Shown: positions 49,618 through 63,799 of the stretch, one piece after another
Layout of the letters: each line of letters begins with the position of its first letter
Numbering within the stretch: the first letter of the stretch is position 1
Source: Novakomyces olei
Lineage: Eukaryota
Length of the DNA: 64,000 nucleotides
NCBI GenBank assembly: GCA_016906335.1
Contig: JADEYG010000012.1
Coordinates: 868,001 to 932,000 of the forward strand
Direction: 5' to 3'
Notes under the pieces: generated by a model
The model's input: the letters and a program-made list of their open reading frames with translations, nothing else
What the model was told of the DNA's origin: nothing
Database searches by the model: none
Made by a program: the position numbers and the translations under genes

Positions 49618-51229
49618 CTACGCCGATATAGACCCCTTTTCGAGCCGTACGGCGGCGTTACGTCGGATCATATCCAGGTTGACTTTAGGTCCAACGAGCT
49701 GGCGGATATCGGAGACTCCGTACTTGATCATCGTCGGCCGTTCCAGTGAAAGACCCCATCCAAGAGCACGGACATCCGGCGGCAGTCCCATCGGCTGTAA
49801 CAATTCCGGTCTAAACATGCCAGAGTTTCCAACTTCGACCCATTTACCCAGTCCACTGTGGTAACTGAAGATTTCGAGTGAAGGCTCAGTGTACGGGTTG
49901 TAAGCAGGCTTGAAACGGAGATTCGTGACCCCAAGCCGAGCGAAAAATGTCTCCATAAATCCAATAAGGTGGCCAAGCGTAATATTGTAGTCCACAATTA
50001 CTCCCTCTATTTGATGGAACTCGGCTAAATGTGTAGCGTCTACTGCTTCATTGCGGAAAACCCGGTCAATGGAGAAAAGCTTGGCAGGACGAAACCCACC
50101 GGGCCTATTAGCAATCTCATAGATCATCGCGGCCGACACAGAAGTAGTGTGTGTACGGAGCACTAATTTCCGGGCCTCGGCTTCGCTCCAGGGATAGCGG
50201 TACCCGATACTTCCACAATCCCCGCCATTCTCATGAACTTGTTTTACCCGGGCCACGTAAGCCGGTTCGGGGAGCGTATCCGTTGTTGCCGGATCCTTTG
50301 TGAAAAAAGTGTCTTGCAGGTCTCGGGCCGAGTGCTGCTGAGGTACAAAAAGCGCATCGAAGCACCAGAACGAAGACTCAACGAAACGATTGGTGGGCAT
50401 TTCTTTGAAACCCATCTCGAAAAAGATGGCCCGAAATTCGGAGCGCACTTTCATAAGCGGATGCAAAGCTCCACCTTCAGGCTCACGGCCGAGAGCATCA
50501 AAATTATAGGGTTTAAACTGGGCCGTGCGCCAAGCGCCACTTTGCAACATATCCACAGTAACATCCGTGTTCAATTGAGCTACGGAAAGTGCAAATTCCG
50601 GCCCTTTTTCAATAGCAAAGGCAAGACGCCGAGTTACACGCAGTAATTTGCGTTTACGAAGATCTGCCAGTAGTCGCCCATCATGACAAGCACCGTTCTT
50701 TTTGATTTCTAAGAGCGCTTTTTGAGTAGAGTCCTCAATCTCGTCTTTCGCCGCATACAGCCGATCGCCGTCTTTGCGGATCCATCCTAATTTGAAAGCG
50801 TTACCTTGACCAACTCCAGCACTGGGACCCAGTTGCGAACGTACTTCTCCCAGAGTTAAACCTTGTGTCGCCTGAGCCAGTAAAGAGAAAACTTGGGCCT
50901 CATGCGACCCATTGTCTACTACACTGTTTCCCTCGGCCGTTAACTCGATTACGTCACGTTCCAGTTTTTGAAATGTAATCATCTAATGGTTAGCCGGTCG
51001 AATGACCAGTTTATCTCTATTTGTTATAATTAATTATTTTTTTGGTCTTTTTCCTGTGATTGATCGTTTCAACTCTTACGTTTCGGCTGGCCAGGCTCGA
51101 ACAAGCCGCCTGTACCTCGTCATGTGATAGAGGGGATGCTGAGCCCGGTAATTGCAGTAAACTAGAATCATCGATTTTGCCTTGTTTGTCGAGTGTATGA
51201 AGCAGCAATTGCTGCACCGGAGTCGCCAT
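49618..51229 (-). CDS. FRS2: Cytosolic phenylalanyl-tRNA synthetase alpha subunit (2 exons)
   Basis: LHPLMKVR, FDALFVPQQHSARDLQDTF, DRVFRNEAVDATHLAEFHQIEG, KPAYNPYTEPS, WGLSLERPTMI. Confidence 0.96.
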
Positions 51230-52229
51230 TGTCACTCTACAGATTTTCGCAGCATAGATGGAGACAGGATATCGTTGTATTATTTTGTATAATTCGAACA
51301 ATAGAAGTATTATATACAGAATATTTTATATTATTTTATATTATATTATATATTATAGCCTGGGCCGACACAATATTACCCTGATACCCTGATTGTACCA
51401 TTCTACAAGTACAACTGGCAACTAAATGTTGGCCGCAAGAGCTGCAAAGAAGACTGTGCATTTAATCGCACAACTATACGAATGCAGAGGCATCTAGAGC
51501 GTTGTAAGAGAAATGTAATAGTCGAGGACGAAATTTTAAAATATTCTATTTCACTGCAGAAAAGGATTGTAAGAAAATAGAGTTGCGAAATCTAAATCGC
51601 AGCCATTGCCGAATATTAGTTGTTCAAGCAATTAAAGCTCTCTTATTGAATCTTACTTATGCCTTCCTTCTATATGCGCGTTCATCATTAGACAATGATG
51701 GGCAATCCTACAGAGTGAATAATTCGTGAACATAATTGAGAAAAATAAATAACTAGTTCTCGAACGAGCATAGCGCATCGCTGAATGATAAGCGCGCAAA
51801 AACATATATATACATAAATAATAATAAAGCACGGTCGTGGCCAGTCCGTGTAACAAGTGTTTGCCAAAGCAAACGTGTACTCAAATTGTGCCAAGCCGTA
51901 CGGGATAAAATACATACATAAATCAACGCAGCCCGCGCTGTAAAATTACCAAGCGAATGTATAAAGTATAGACAAGAAAAGGTATCCTCGCACCATGAAA
52001 AGAGGGCCAACGAAAAAACAAAAGAGACCGATTTGGTGTTATTATAATAAATAAAGGCAGTCGTAATGAAAGAGCAAAGTGCACTCATTTCCATTCTCCA
52101 ATAAACTGTGACCGTTTAATGCTCCGTTTGCAAACCCTCGTCTTCTTCTATCAAACCCTCAACACGATTGATTTGTTTTCGTGCAGGCAAGTTGCCGACG
52201 TTGCACGCAGAGTGTGTATACAAAAGAGC

Positions 52230-52572
52230 CTAATTCGACGAAATTGGATCACCATTAGCGTTGGCCTTTGTATTCTTTTTCTGGCTGCTGTAGACTACAA
52301 CGCCAATGATAATTGCAGCACATATGACTGAAACAACGGTGACTGCCGCGATAATAATGTGTATACGCCGCCGACGCTGTGCTGGGGTTAAAGTTCGCGA
52401 GGCATCTTTGTCCATTACATCGTAGATGCTGATCTTTGAGTGTCCCGCTTCCGAATGGTTTTCAGACGGGGCGTAGCTAAACACTGTTAGTGACCACAGA
52501 AACCTAATACTCGACCAAAACTTACTTTTCGTCTCTCGAGCGCGAAAAGACCTGCAATGGATTCTTTGTCAT
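52230..52572 (-). CDS. Small single-pass membrane protein (~97 aa, 2 exons)
   Basis: MTKNPLQVFSRSRDE|gtaagt..ctaacagtgtttag|NYAP...RRRR followed by ~23-aa hydrophobic helix. Confidence 0.6.
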
Positions 52573-53700
52573 TTTGCTGCTGCAATGAATAGAGTGCAGT
52601 GATCACCGTTGCGCGGGTCTTCAATTTATATTTTCCTTTAATTTATATTTCTCCTTTTTCCCGTACAATCTGTCCTCCGGCCCCTTTGCACACGCGACGA
52701 TTACACGTTCCTTTATTCCAAGCGTCCACAAGGAAACTTACTTTGGCACAGGGACACACTTCCCTTTTCGACAGCGGCATTACTATGAAGGGCAATGAGC
52801 GACGATTTGCCACGTAAAATTACGCGTTGACTTTGGTAACAAAATCACGCGAATAATGGGAGACTGTCCCAAGTAATGGAAACTGTTACCGAGATGGTCG
52901 TGTACTCGAAAACTGTCGCGCTTTTCATAACGGTTATACCGCAGGGGGCGCTTGTGCTTGGTACTGTTTTCAATTCATATTAAATTCATACTATGGGCTA
53001 ACCGAAACATTTAAATACTCTGTGCTAAAGTATTTACGCGGCCAGTATTGATTGAAAACGCTGGAATACGCCTGCTTGCTTTTATCGTTTCTAGTTTGCA
53101 GTGTAAGCTTTTGCGCATGTATCATCCTTCTTATGAATTACTTGATCTTGGCCACGTTATACTTTGTGTTCCCCACCTACTCGTTGCGTAAACTTGTGCT
53201 CAACTTTTTCGTTGCGTAAAACCATAATTGAATATTTAAATAATATATTTAAATCATTGAATATCTAAATAATCGATCGAATATTTAATCACAGTATATT
53301 TGACCAGGATATTCGATCAGGATATTTGTTTCGTGGCCTATATTACGTAATAGAGTCGGGGGTATAGTCATACAAGTCGTAATATGGTACATTAGTATTA
53401 CTTGTGAAATTAGAGACGCGTATAGTCAGTAATACCCTAATTTAAATAATCACACTGCATAATATACGCATCTGATTGGTGACGTCGATCTATAATTAAG
53501 TGTGCGCGACAGCGGCCAACGCTTAGATTTACCGATTACAGCATTACAGGGCAGAAGGCAAACGTAGCGTAATTAATTGATAAAGCAAACTGGATCTTTT
53601 GTGCATAAAAATAAATTAAGAGGTTTCTGCATACATTGGCACGGGCCCTAATTACGATCGTATCCATCCTCGATATTGCCTATCCTTCAAACTGCAATCC

Positions 53701-54683
53701 ATGGCTTTGCTGGGTACTTTGAGCCTTACACTTTTGCGCTTACTTACCTCAAAGGCTTTGTCGGTCTCGGAAATATGGGCGGCGCTATGGCGCTTTTGTT
53801 ACAGCGGCATCTATCCACAAACGGAGGCCAGCTGACTGTGTACAATCGCACCCGCAGTCGAGCAGAGCCGATCGTAGCTGAGGGAGGCAAATTGGCAAAC
53901 TCCTTATCTGATCTCTTTTGCGAGTGCGATATAGTATTTTCATGCACGGCCAATGACGCAACACTACAAAATTTAGTGGACCAGGCGATAGAAGCGCAAC
54001 GGCAAAAGGCTGCGAAATGCTCGATACTCTGTGATATGTCTACTGTCCACCCACGCACTGCGCGGGAGGCAGCTGAGCAGCTTTCGGAGGTGGGCATCGA
54101 TTTCGTGGCTGCCCCAGTTTTTGGAGCACCGCCAATGGCAAAAGCCGGAAAACTTGTGATTGCTCCAAGCAGCCAATCAGAGTCTGCCCTGAAGCGAGTA
54201 GAGCCTTACTTTGCTGGCGTAATGGGCCGAGCCGTTGTTCCGCACCTGCCGGCAGACGCTGGCAGTTCCAATACGCTTAAAGTCATCGGCAATACGCTTA
54301 TTTTGGGTCTTGTAAACGCGCTCGGTGAGGCGCTCACACTCTCGGAAACTTCCGGGCTGGGCACTGACCATTTTCTCGCATTCATTACGACAATGTTTGC
54401 CGGTACTCCGTACGAGTTGTACACTCGACGAATGCTTCAGGCACACGGAGAAGGGTACGCCCCGGAGAAGGAGAAGCCCGCGTTTCAGATTGATTTGGCC
54501 ATAAAAGATGCGTCACATGCTCTGGATTTAGCGCGTTCTTCAGGTGCCCGTCTGCCAGCTCTTGAAGCTGTTGAAAGGCATTTACGCGCTGCACGGGATG
54601 AATGGGGCGAGAATGCAGACGCTTCAGCTGTTTACGGTGCAAGTAGAGTGGAGGCAGGTTTGCCGTTTCTTCGCAATCAATAA
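53701..54683 (+). CDS. NAD(P)-dependent beta-hydroxyacid dehydrogenase (HIBADH/6PGD family), 2 exons
   Basis: MALLG|FVGLGNMG, YNRTRSRA, DMSTVHP, AAPVFGAP, LKVIGN, AIKDASHA. Confidence 0.9.
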
Positions 54684-55002
54684 ACGATTTAATTTGTTAT
54701 TTAACGTTTATTTAAATTTAGCTTTTACAATATTTATTAAATGTTATTATAGGTACAAATCTACGTAATCCAAGCTTGATCTGAAGTACGTACAAGAATG
54801 TAAAGAGAGATCTGCAAGGAGACCTACTACTCGACAGACTAGTGCAAACATATTGAGAAAGCCTGCTGTACAGGCTTTGAATGAATAAATTATCCCCACT
54901 ACTCGCACCAGATGCTGCTGCTGCTGCTGCTGCACTGGCAAAATAAAAAAGGAAACTTGATATTTAACAATAAACAAAAGCCAGATGCAAAACATACGGC
55001 AT

Positions 55003-56568
55003 TTAATGCTCCAACAGCTTGAGGTTGCCGGTTACCACAACGTTTTCTAACACAGAGCCAGGAGGAATATCAATTTCGTTGCCGTCAGAACATACGATAA
55101 TAACTGTGCCCTTGAGAACGACTCCACGACCAAAGTTCACGTTACCAGTCACGGTCAAATGATCCAATTCCACAATCTTGGGAATGGCTGGAATATGCTT
55201 GGTAAAATCTGACACCTTTTTGAACTGTTTTCCGAGCTTGATGAGAGGAGCAGGGCCGAATCGCGAGGGAGACATAACCAATTGGCCGTGGGACAAAGAG
55301 TAGAGATCAGACTTTACCAGCATCAGATCCGAGCACGTTTTAACGGGTAAGAAACGGCGTCGTGGCACATTCACACCATGAGCGCCCTTGAAATGTTTAA
55401 TAGCGGCACCGATAGCAGTCTCCAATTGCAAAACAGTTGTTTCTGCTTCGCCCTTGCCGAGCGAGATTGATTTGTAGTTGGGGATCAGCTCCAGGTTGAG
55501 CTCATTGTTGTCAACAACTCGCTTGATAGCGTGCAAGTTGAGCCAAATGTTGTTGGTATTGAAATAGCGGAATTTTTTAATAGACTTGAACTCTTCCACG
55601 TGCGCTGAAGGGACCTGTGCAATTTCCAACAGACGAACTTCGCCGTCATAGTCAATCAGAGTACCTCCCTTTACATCAGCCTTGGTCTTGTCCGTAAGCT
55701 CCATGATGTACTCGGCCCCAGTATTGATCATGTGCTGGAGGATCTTGGGATCAACTACGGCTCCCAGATTGTCCACGTTTGAAACAAAGATATAGTCCTT
55801 GCCGTCCGCAATCAATTTGTCCAACAAACCAGAATTGTTGAGTGCTTCAAACAAGTCTCCGTGGCCCGGTGGATACCATTCTTGGATGGGCGAGTGAGCA
55901 GAGCGCGGCACTGGTAGCATAGACTCCTTGTGTACACGTGGATATCGGGATTGGTTGAACGTCAAGATATCGATATTGTGAGCAGAGTACTTCTTGATAA
56001 CACGAGAAGTATCGTCATCAGTGTTGAACGAGTTCATCAGCACAAACGGCATTTTAGCACCGTATTGGTGGTTCAGATACTCGATTTGACGCACACTCAA
56101 GTCAAGGAAAGAATTGCCGTCACGAACCTCAATCACAGACTTGGGACCGACACATCCCATAGTCGTTCCAAGGCCGCCATTGAGTTTTAAGACGGCCAGT
56201 TTATTTAGGATACTGTTGTCCGCTACTGCCTTGATGCTGGAATAATCGACAACCTGCTCTGGGTTGGGTGACTTCACTCGCTCCCACTCAATCTTTGTTC
56301 CACGTGCTTGTTCCTGCAGATAGCGATTGAACAGGGAAAAGAAGTTGTCCATCTCAATCTCAAAGGACTTTCGCTCAGATGAATCAGAGATCGTCTCCGC
56401 AAGACGGGTCAGTTCGTTCCGCATGGTCGAAGCCGTAGTGCTAATTTGCTTATTATCAAAGGCAAAGGCCGACTGCGTTTTGTTGTGAACTTTGCCACTG
56501 CTGCCAGCGCCGGCACTGGCTCGCTCATTAAGCGATAAATTGCCCAGAGTCTGCTTCACCGTCTCCAT
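55003..56568 (-). CDS. UGP1: UTP-glucose-1-phosphate uridylyltransferase
   Basis: [44 protein letters not shown]. Confidence 0.97.
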   Translation of the reverse strand: METVKQTLGNLSLNERASAGAGSSGKVHNKTQSAFAFDNKQISTTASTMRNELTRLAETISDSSERKSFEIEMDNFFSLFNRYLQEQARGTKIEWERVKSPNPEQVVDYSSIKAVADNSILNKLAVLKLNGGLGTTMGCVGPKSVIEVRDGNSFLDLSVRQIEYLNHQYGAKMPFVLMNSFNTDDDTSRVIKKYSAHNIDILTFNQSRYPRVHKESMLPVPRSAHSPIQEWYPPGHGDLFEALNNSGLLDKLIADGKDYIFVSNVDNLGAVVDPKILQHMINTGAEYIMELTDKTKADVKGGTLIDYDGEVRLLEIAQVPSAHVEEFKSIKKFRYFNTNNIWLNLHAIKRVVDNNELNLELIPNYKSISLGKGEAETTVLQLETAIGAAIKHFKGAHGVNVPRRRFLPVKTCSDLMLVKSDLYSLSHGQLVMSPSRFGPAPLIKLGKQFKKVSDFTKHIPAIPKIVELDHLTVTGNVNFGRGVVLKGTVIIVCSDGNEIDIPPGSVLENVVVTGNLKLLEH

Positions 56569-57331
56569 TTGTGCTTTTTCTGACTAAAGGGGATCCGTTT
56601 TTCCAGTAAAAACCGTAAAGGCTCTCGCGTTCGCGTCAAATATTTGTTTGTGTGTATTTTATATATATATATATACAAGGCCGGCTAGCTTACTTGCTGA
56701 TCATGTCGTTTTTGTTAATTTTCCCGCACCCAGTCCCGTTTTTGTAACCGATAAAGAAAACCCTTATTTCGCCCCGCTTCAGTCCTTGAACGGGCTTGTC
56801 GCCTGGTCTAGACACACAAGTAAATCTTTGTGATCGATCTAGTATGTGGGCTTGGTTAGTTGAATGTGTATTAATAGATCATACGGCACTATTATCTCTA
56901 CCTTAATTGGCCAATCAAACTCGCATTCTTTAACACGAGTTGTCCATTTGAAACAGCGCGGTAATTGGAGGCAAGGCTGTCGCGTTGTACAGGCGACGCA
57001 ATGCTTTCTAGAAGACTACTAGACTGGTGTTGGCGTATGCTTAAGGGTCATTGTAACGATAAATGAGTACGAGTTGGGTTTCTGTATTCATATGTTTCAG
57101 GTACGCCAATTCACTGTTTGGGAAAGCCTCATTCCGTTACAAGCGCGTTGAGTAGTCCGAATTTATATGCTTCACTCCTCTTAATTCCCTGTTACCAGCA
57201 AAGTAGTACTACGCCGATATACCATTGTGGGATAATGCCGTTGTGCGTTGTTAACGGCTATCGTGCCAGAAGAAGGCAGCTTTGGGAATTCTGATGAGTG
57301 CTTAAATCCAGCATTATAGAATGTGATACAC

Positions 57332-57414
57332 AACGCTATCTACAACGTTATATACAACGCTATATATAACGCTATATATAACGCTATATATAACGTATAT
57401 CTAACGCTATATAT
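57332..57414. repeat. Degenerate 12-bp tandem repeat AACGCTATATAT x~7
   Basis: Read directly, in the UGP1-STI1 divergent intergenic region. Confidence 0.8.
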
Positions 57415-57559
57415 CGGTCCATATATCACTCTATATATGGCTTATACTACGCAGTGTTACCAACATTACTGTCATTCCTCTCTCTCCTATTAAATCGCTA
57501 TGAATAAACAATAGGCATTAAATATTCATTCGCTCATACAAAACTCGGTACACATTCTC

Positions 57560-57574
57560 GTTCCAGAAATTTCT
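57560..57574 (+). promoter_or_regulatory. Heat-shock element gTTCcaGAAatTTCt upstream of STI1
   Basis: Perfect 3-unit nTTCnnGAAnnTTCn just upstream of TATATATAAA and the ATG of an Hsp70/Hsp90 co-chaperone gene. Confidence 0.75.
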
Positions 57575-57629
57575 TATAAAACATGCTATATATAAAGATT
57601 CAAGACCTGTGACAAAAAGCATTTGTGAA

Positions 57630-59443
57630 ATGGCTGATCAAGTAAGTGCCTTTTATACAAAGCAGCTCTAACGATTTTTAGCTAAAAGCACAAGGCAACG
57701 CAGCGTTTGCTGCAAAAGATTATCCCAAGGCAATTGATTTTTTCTCACAGGTACTTTAAGTAATGGCTTGCTTCATATCTAACAATTGACCAGGCAATCG
57801 ATGCAGACCCTTCAAATCATGTCCTATTTTCCAATCGCTCGGCCAGCTACGCTTCACTAAAAAATTACGAAAATGCTCTGCAGGACGCTGACAAATGTAC
57901 AGAGCTGGCGCCAAGCTGGGCAAAAGGCTGGTCTCGTAAAGGAGCAGCTCTACACGGCCTTGACCGCTTGCAACCCGCCCACGACGCGTACACAAAGGCT
58001 CTAGAGCTCGACCCGAACAATGCACAAGCCAAGTCAGGTCTTGATCGTGTTCAAGACGCACTTTCACGGCCTCAAGGCGCAGGCAACGCTGCTGATATGT
58101 TTGCTGGAATTGCAAATAAGCTTCGTGATCCTGCACTACTAGGAAAGATTGCGGCAAATCCATCTACATCGAGATTATTGGCAGATAATGAGTTTATGAC
58201 CAAGTTGCGCCAAATCCAAGACGACCCGCAGCGTCTGATGCAAGAGATAAATGACCCGCGTATACAATCTATCTTTGGTCTCTTGTTTGATCTTCCACAG
58301 GACCTGGCAGGTGAAAATGCAGACCAAGAGATGCCGGATCAACGGGAGCCTGAGCCAGCACCAGAGCCGGAAGTCAAACCCAAGGAAGAGCCTAAAGAGC
58401 AGCCTAAAGAACAGCCAAAGAAGGCAGCAGAACCGCCTGTAAGCGGTGAAAAAGCCCAAGCAGAGAATGAAAAGGCTCTGGGTACAGCGGCCTACAAAAA
58501 CCGAGATTTCCCCTCGGCTATTGAGCATTACAATAAGGCCTGGGAGCTAAACAAGGACATCACGTACCTGAACAATCTTTCAGCGGCTTACTATGAGGCG
58601 GGGGATTATGGCGCTTGCATCCGAGAAGCAACGCGTGCTGTTGAAGAGGGCCGTGAAATGCGTGCAGACTATAAACTGATTGCTAAAGCCTTTGGCCGAA
58701 TCGGCACGGCCTACAGGAAACAGGAAAAGTTTGAGCAGGCTTTGGAATTCTTTCAGAAATCATTGACTGAGCATCGGACTCCAGACGTGTTAAATAAGCT
58801 TAAGGAGGCAGAAAAAGTGAAGGCGGACCGAGATAGAGAGGCGTACGTGGACCCAGAGAAAGCAGATGCCGCGCGTGCAGAGGGCAATGAGCTGTTCAAG
58901 AAGGGCGATTTTCCCGGAGCCATTCGGGCGTACACAGAGATGACTAAACGTGCTCCGGAAGACGCTCGAGGATTTGCCAATCGTGCAGCGGCTTATATTA
59001 AAATGATGTCCATGCATGAGGCTTTGAGCGACTGTGAACGTGCTCTAGCCCTGGATCCTCTGTTTGTCAAGGCTCATATTCGCAAAGCACAAGTTTACTT
59101 TGCTATGCACGAGTACTCAAAGTGCCTTGAGGCTTGTAGTGCAGCTACAGAGGCGGACAAGGACCCACGAAATGGTGGTCGCAGTGCTTATGAGATTGAC
59201 CAGCAAGTACAGCGGTGTACTCAGGCGATGTACTCAGCGCATGCGAATGAGACTGAGGAGGAGACAATGGCTCGTATTCGAAATGACCCAGAAATCTCCA
59301 GTATTCTGCAAGATCCAGTCATGCAAAGCATTCTGTCTCAGGCACGGGACAATCCTTTGGCTCTTCAGGAGCATATGAAGAACCCACAAGTGCGCACAAA
59401 TATTCAAAAGCTAATGGCAGCGGGCGTCATTCGAACGCGATAA
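57630..59443 (+). CDS. STI1: Hsp70/Hsp90 organising co-chaperone Sti1/Hop (3 exons)
   Basis: MADQLKAQGNAAF, TPR repeats, DP domains, C-terminal KLMAAGVIRTR. Confidence 0.96.
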
Positions 59444-59926
59444 GTAGTTGATGTTGTTTAGGTTTGTTGAGCGATATGCATACTTTAAAGTGGGTCATAT
59501 TCCCGTTATTACTACAATACAGTTTACAAGAGAGCATCCATGCTAGTATAAATTGCAGCAATATGATAGAAAAATTATATAAAGCTAATTAAAATAAAAA
59601 GGGTTCTGGAAGCTATTTCCAAAGACTTTGTTTAATAGACAAATGATTTGATTTCTAAATAGAAGTAGAATGGGCCATACGAAACTGCGTGGGACGGTGT
59701 GGGCTAAAATCAGGTCTTCAAGTTAACCGTCTACTTTCAAAAAAGTGGCGTATTGTTACATCAATCAATACGTTTCTCAATCCCGTACCGCGATAGAGCC
59801 TATAGCAGGCCAATGCGAGTTTAAGACTTGGCATGCTTTAAAAACGAGTTTATTCCAAATCATAGAGGGCGTTTTGGCAATGTAATTAATCTATCATTGA
59901 TATTTCACAATAATAATTATAATGCT

Positions 59927-62804
59927 TCATTTAACAGATATTCCACTGGCCATCAGAAGGACAATGCCAGTATAAAACACGCACCAGGCGACCTGAAACA
60001 GAAATTTTGGAGAAAAAACCGTCCAAACAAACAAATGAAAGCGTAAAGCTGCACATGCAACAACAAGCGACAGCATTGTCCCCGTGAACGTGAGTCCATA
60101 ATAATGCATAAGCTTCCCCATAGAAATCAAATGCACGCTTTTAGAGCCATTCGCCATTCTTGCCTCGGCGCGTTTAGCCCTGCCCTTTAAATAAAAGGAG
60201 TAAATTGTGAGAAAACAATAAAACGGGCCCGCCCAGTTGGTGACAAATGTAAGAAAGGCTACAAGCCCACTATTAAATTGACTTATGCCGTTGTAACCGA
60301 GCGACAAGTCAACAGATGAAATAGTATTCGACGGTCCAAAGAAAAAATAAGATGATTGAGTAAGGGCGACAAGGACTATATAATCCTTGTCTGCATACTC
60401 GGAGCTGCTGCTGCCACCATTCAGTATGATTCTTATAATAACGTGCAAAAAGGGTAAAAGCGCGAAATTATTTGTGCGGACTTGCATAAACAAAACAAGC
60501 TGGACAACACGTAAAAAGTGCATCGTACGAGTAAACTCATACTTTCGCACTGCCTCGTCTCCCCATGCAGCAGCAGCAACAAGCAATGTTAGAAGCAGTT
60601 CAATAGCAATTGAGGCTAAGCCAAGAGCAAAAGCCAGTCGGGCGAGATCAATGAGAGGAATTAGGGCAAACAGGGCGAATACGGGCCGAATCCATACCGG
60701 CGTTACGCCTCCAGCGGCCTCGTTAAAGCAAACTTTAAACCCCAATATTGTAAAAGCGCACAATACGTACAAAATTTGGGGGATAATCGAGCAACAGGGA
60801 TAGCAGACGGTATGCAAAACTTGTGCGAGTAAAGAGGCAATAACTATACCGTATTCCAAGTCGGGATTGCTGTGTAGGAAGGCTGTAGTAATATTGGTAT
60901 ATTCCTTTCCACTTTGATAGTTCCAACCGCGCATCAACCGGGCAAGAACCAAACACACAATGAAACCCAAAACCCTTTGTCGAAAACGACTTAGGGTTAG
61001 GATTTGTAAAATTAACAAGGTGGACAGGCAAAAATACCAAAATTGACGCTCTTCTTCGATAAAGCTACTGGCAAACATACAGGCGCCGGCACCGAACAAA
61101 ACAAGGAGAAAAGTGGCACTGGGCCAGCCTCGTTTCGAAAAGAGAAAGAGCAATATTGCAAAGGCAATTGCTACTAGTGCGATTCCGAGAACAATATTGT
61201 CCATATTGTAATTACTAGCGACCTGGGAAAGCAGTGCTTGAGCAGAACGGCAAAATAACAGTAAACTAGTCCACGTTTCCGCTTCATTGACGTCAGCTTT
61301 CCGTATTGCCTTTTGGTAATCGCAATACAACGATTGTGCTCTAGATCCTCTGCGAGTTTCGGTAGTGTTTCTTGCTCCTTCGTCCTTTAGCAACCCCTCG
61401 TTTCCAGTTTTTAAAGCGCTCTGCTTACCATTCGGCTGTATGATATCATATTTTTCTTCCTGCTCACAATCAATATGTTCGTCTTTCAAAAAAGCCTGTT
61501 TCAAAGCACGAGCCAGCTGGATTGAATTCCGTTCAAGAGCGACAAACTGATCTCTATGGTTTAGTGGAGACAGTGCTGAGGGCAAAACCACTCCCAAGTT
61601 ATTTCTAGGCAGAGCAAGTCCGAGTAAACTGCTGATAGTAGCAACAATATCCGGCTGCTGTGCTTCCTCATAGTATTTATATAAATCATCCTGAGCAAAA
61701 CTTCGTTTCTGCGGCAGCCATTCCGCGGAGGGTGACAACAGGGCAACACCCGTGGCTGTTTCCCCGGGACTGGACCCGCCATGGTTACCCACGTCATTCA
61801 TACCGTGGTCTCCGCATACAAGAATCAAAGTTTTACGTGACTGTTGTGCATCGGCAACCTGCAATTTAGTAAATATCTCACTGATTATCCCATCCATTTC
61901 TTTTTTCTTGGCTGGCATATACGGTGACTGAGGTCCACCAGAGTGCCCAATATGATCAAGGCCCAAATAATGCAAAATTAACGCGTCCCACTGTGGTTCG
62001 TAGAGTTCCCGGTCTAGATGCCGTGTGACGTTTGCATCAACTTCCGTAAAATCAGACACAAAAAAGCTCGTTGTGCCTTCGTGCTCATCAAACATATCTG
62101 GGAAAAGTTTGAGCCAAGTATCGTCGCCATAAAAGTGCAAACTGCCTTGTCTATTCCATAGCTGTCGAAGCCACGAGTCTTGGTTTGCCAAGGTTGACGA
62201 GCGATCACCTTCGGCTACGTTCAGAATAGCATCGAGAAAGTTTGGTATTGATCCAGTAGTTAAAGCCTTGATTCGAGGAAGGGTGACTGTTGGTGGTAGC
62301 GCGTATGCAGTAAAGCCTACCCCGTGGCCTTTTTCAATGAGTCTGTATTGTCAGCTGCATGCGGGAAAGACGGGAAAGACTTTGCCAAAATTGAAGCAGC
62401 TGGACAACTTTTGTGGGGGAAAAAGCAGAGCAATCAAGAGTCATGTGAAAAAAGGCAGCTAGCAAACACTGCGATTATGCTGTAAATGTAATTTGTAAAA
62501 CATGACAGGAAATTTTGATTCTGAAGCTTACCGTTGCACATTGACTAGTCCGTCTTCGCCAAACATGAAATCGCTAATTATTAGCCTTTGTTAAACGTGC
62601 TCTTTACCTTCGAAGCGCATCAATCACCATAAACACTAAACGGTTGAAACGTGGGGGCAATTCGAGATGTGAGTCATAATCGTGCAAAGACGCGATTCCT
62701 TCGACTCCTGGTTTGTAGGGAAAGAATCCAGAAGCAAATATTATTATCCCCAATAGCTGAATTGCGTACGCAAGCCATGCTATTGCCCATCTCCGTCGCT
62801 TCAT
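59927..62804 (-). CDS. GPI7: GPI ethanolamine phosphate transferase 2 (PIG-G), 3 exons
   Basis: FASGFFPYKP, FMVIDALRSDF, PPTVTLPRIKALTTG, LHYLGLDHIGH, GDHGMNDVGNHGGSS, HLFVWTVFSPK. Confidence 0.93.
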
Positions 62805-63002
62805 GACAGAGTTAATTCATTCATTGGGCTTTTTGTTTTATTTATTTTATTCTATTATTCTGGTATTGCATCTATAATTCTACTGTAGTTATTATTGAAT
62901 AGTATCGATTTTCTGCATTTGATGTTTGGCTTGAGATAAATTTATCTCGCCAGAAAATTAAAAAAAAAAAATAATAATAACAAATATAGGCTTGTCATTA
63001 GC

Positions 63003-63656
63003 ATGGACGCAGATCGAGAGCCGGCTCCAGTGGAAATAGACGCTGACACGGAGAAAATCCAAATTGTATATTTTGGCTTAATTTTATCTCTTTTTAACAA
63101 TTTTTTTTCTAGCTCGATGGCCATTCTGCAGACTTGCGCTCGGCGGCTTTTCAAATTGAAAAGGAGGATCATACCCTCGGGAATTCGTTAACATATATGA
63201 TTCTTAAAAAGTATGCTACCTTGTGATCAAAAGGTCTATCAAAAAAAATATAAAGAATCCTTTGTTGTTCAGTTCGATAATGAGCTGCTTTTCACATTTC
63301 TTATCTTAAAACTATTTTTTAATATATTTTTCATGTCCTGATTGCTTCGCTGTTTGCGGTCTTTCAATGACTAATGGATTGTGCAGCCCGAAAGTAGAGC
63401 TTTGCGGATACACGATGCCACATCCTTCAGAAACACGGTTAATTTTACGTATACAAACTAAAGAAGGTAGCTAGTATCGCATAAAAATATTCACTTGTGC
63501 TTACTGACCTTGCAACTTCCAGGCTACACTGCTGTTGATGCCTTATTAGAGGGGCTTGACAATTTAAACGAGCTGTGCGATCATGTCAGTACAACATTTT
63601 CGGACCGTATGAACGCATATAAGCAAGGCCAGACTTCCGCAATGGATGAAGACTAG
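63003..63656 (+). CDS. RPC19: RNA polymerase I/III subunit AC19 (4 exons)
   Basis: FQIEKEDHTLGNSL, NPKVELCGYTMPHPSE, RIQT, LDNLNELCDHV. Confidence 0.92.
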
Positions 63657-63799
63657 GCAAATTATGATTCCCTACCTGTTGATACTAGAGAGTTATCTGT
63701 CAAACAATATATTTTGCTTTTTTTTTTTTTTTCATTATAGCCTATATCTATGCAGTAAACCATCCGCGCATCTATTTCTTTATATGCCAATCTACAAAA

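Noticed and set aside
57291-57330. CTGATGA hammerhead or box C-like motif
   Set aside because: No matching GAAA core, flanking stems or downstream D box
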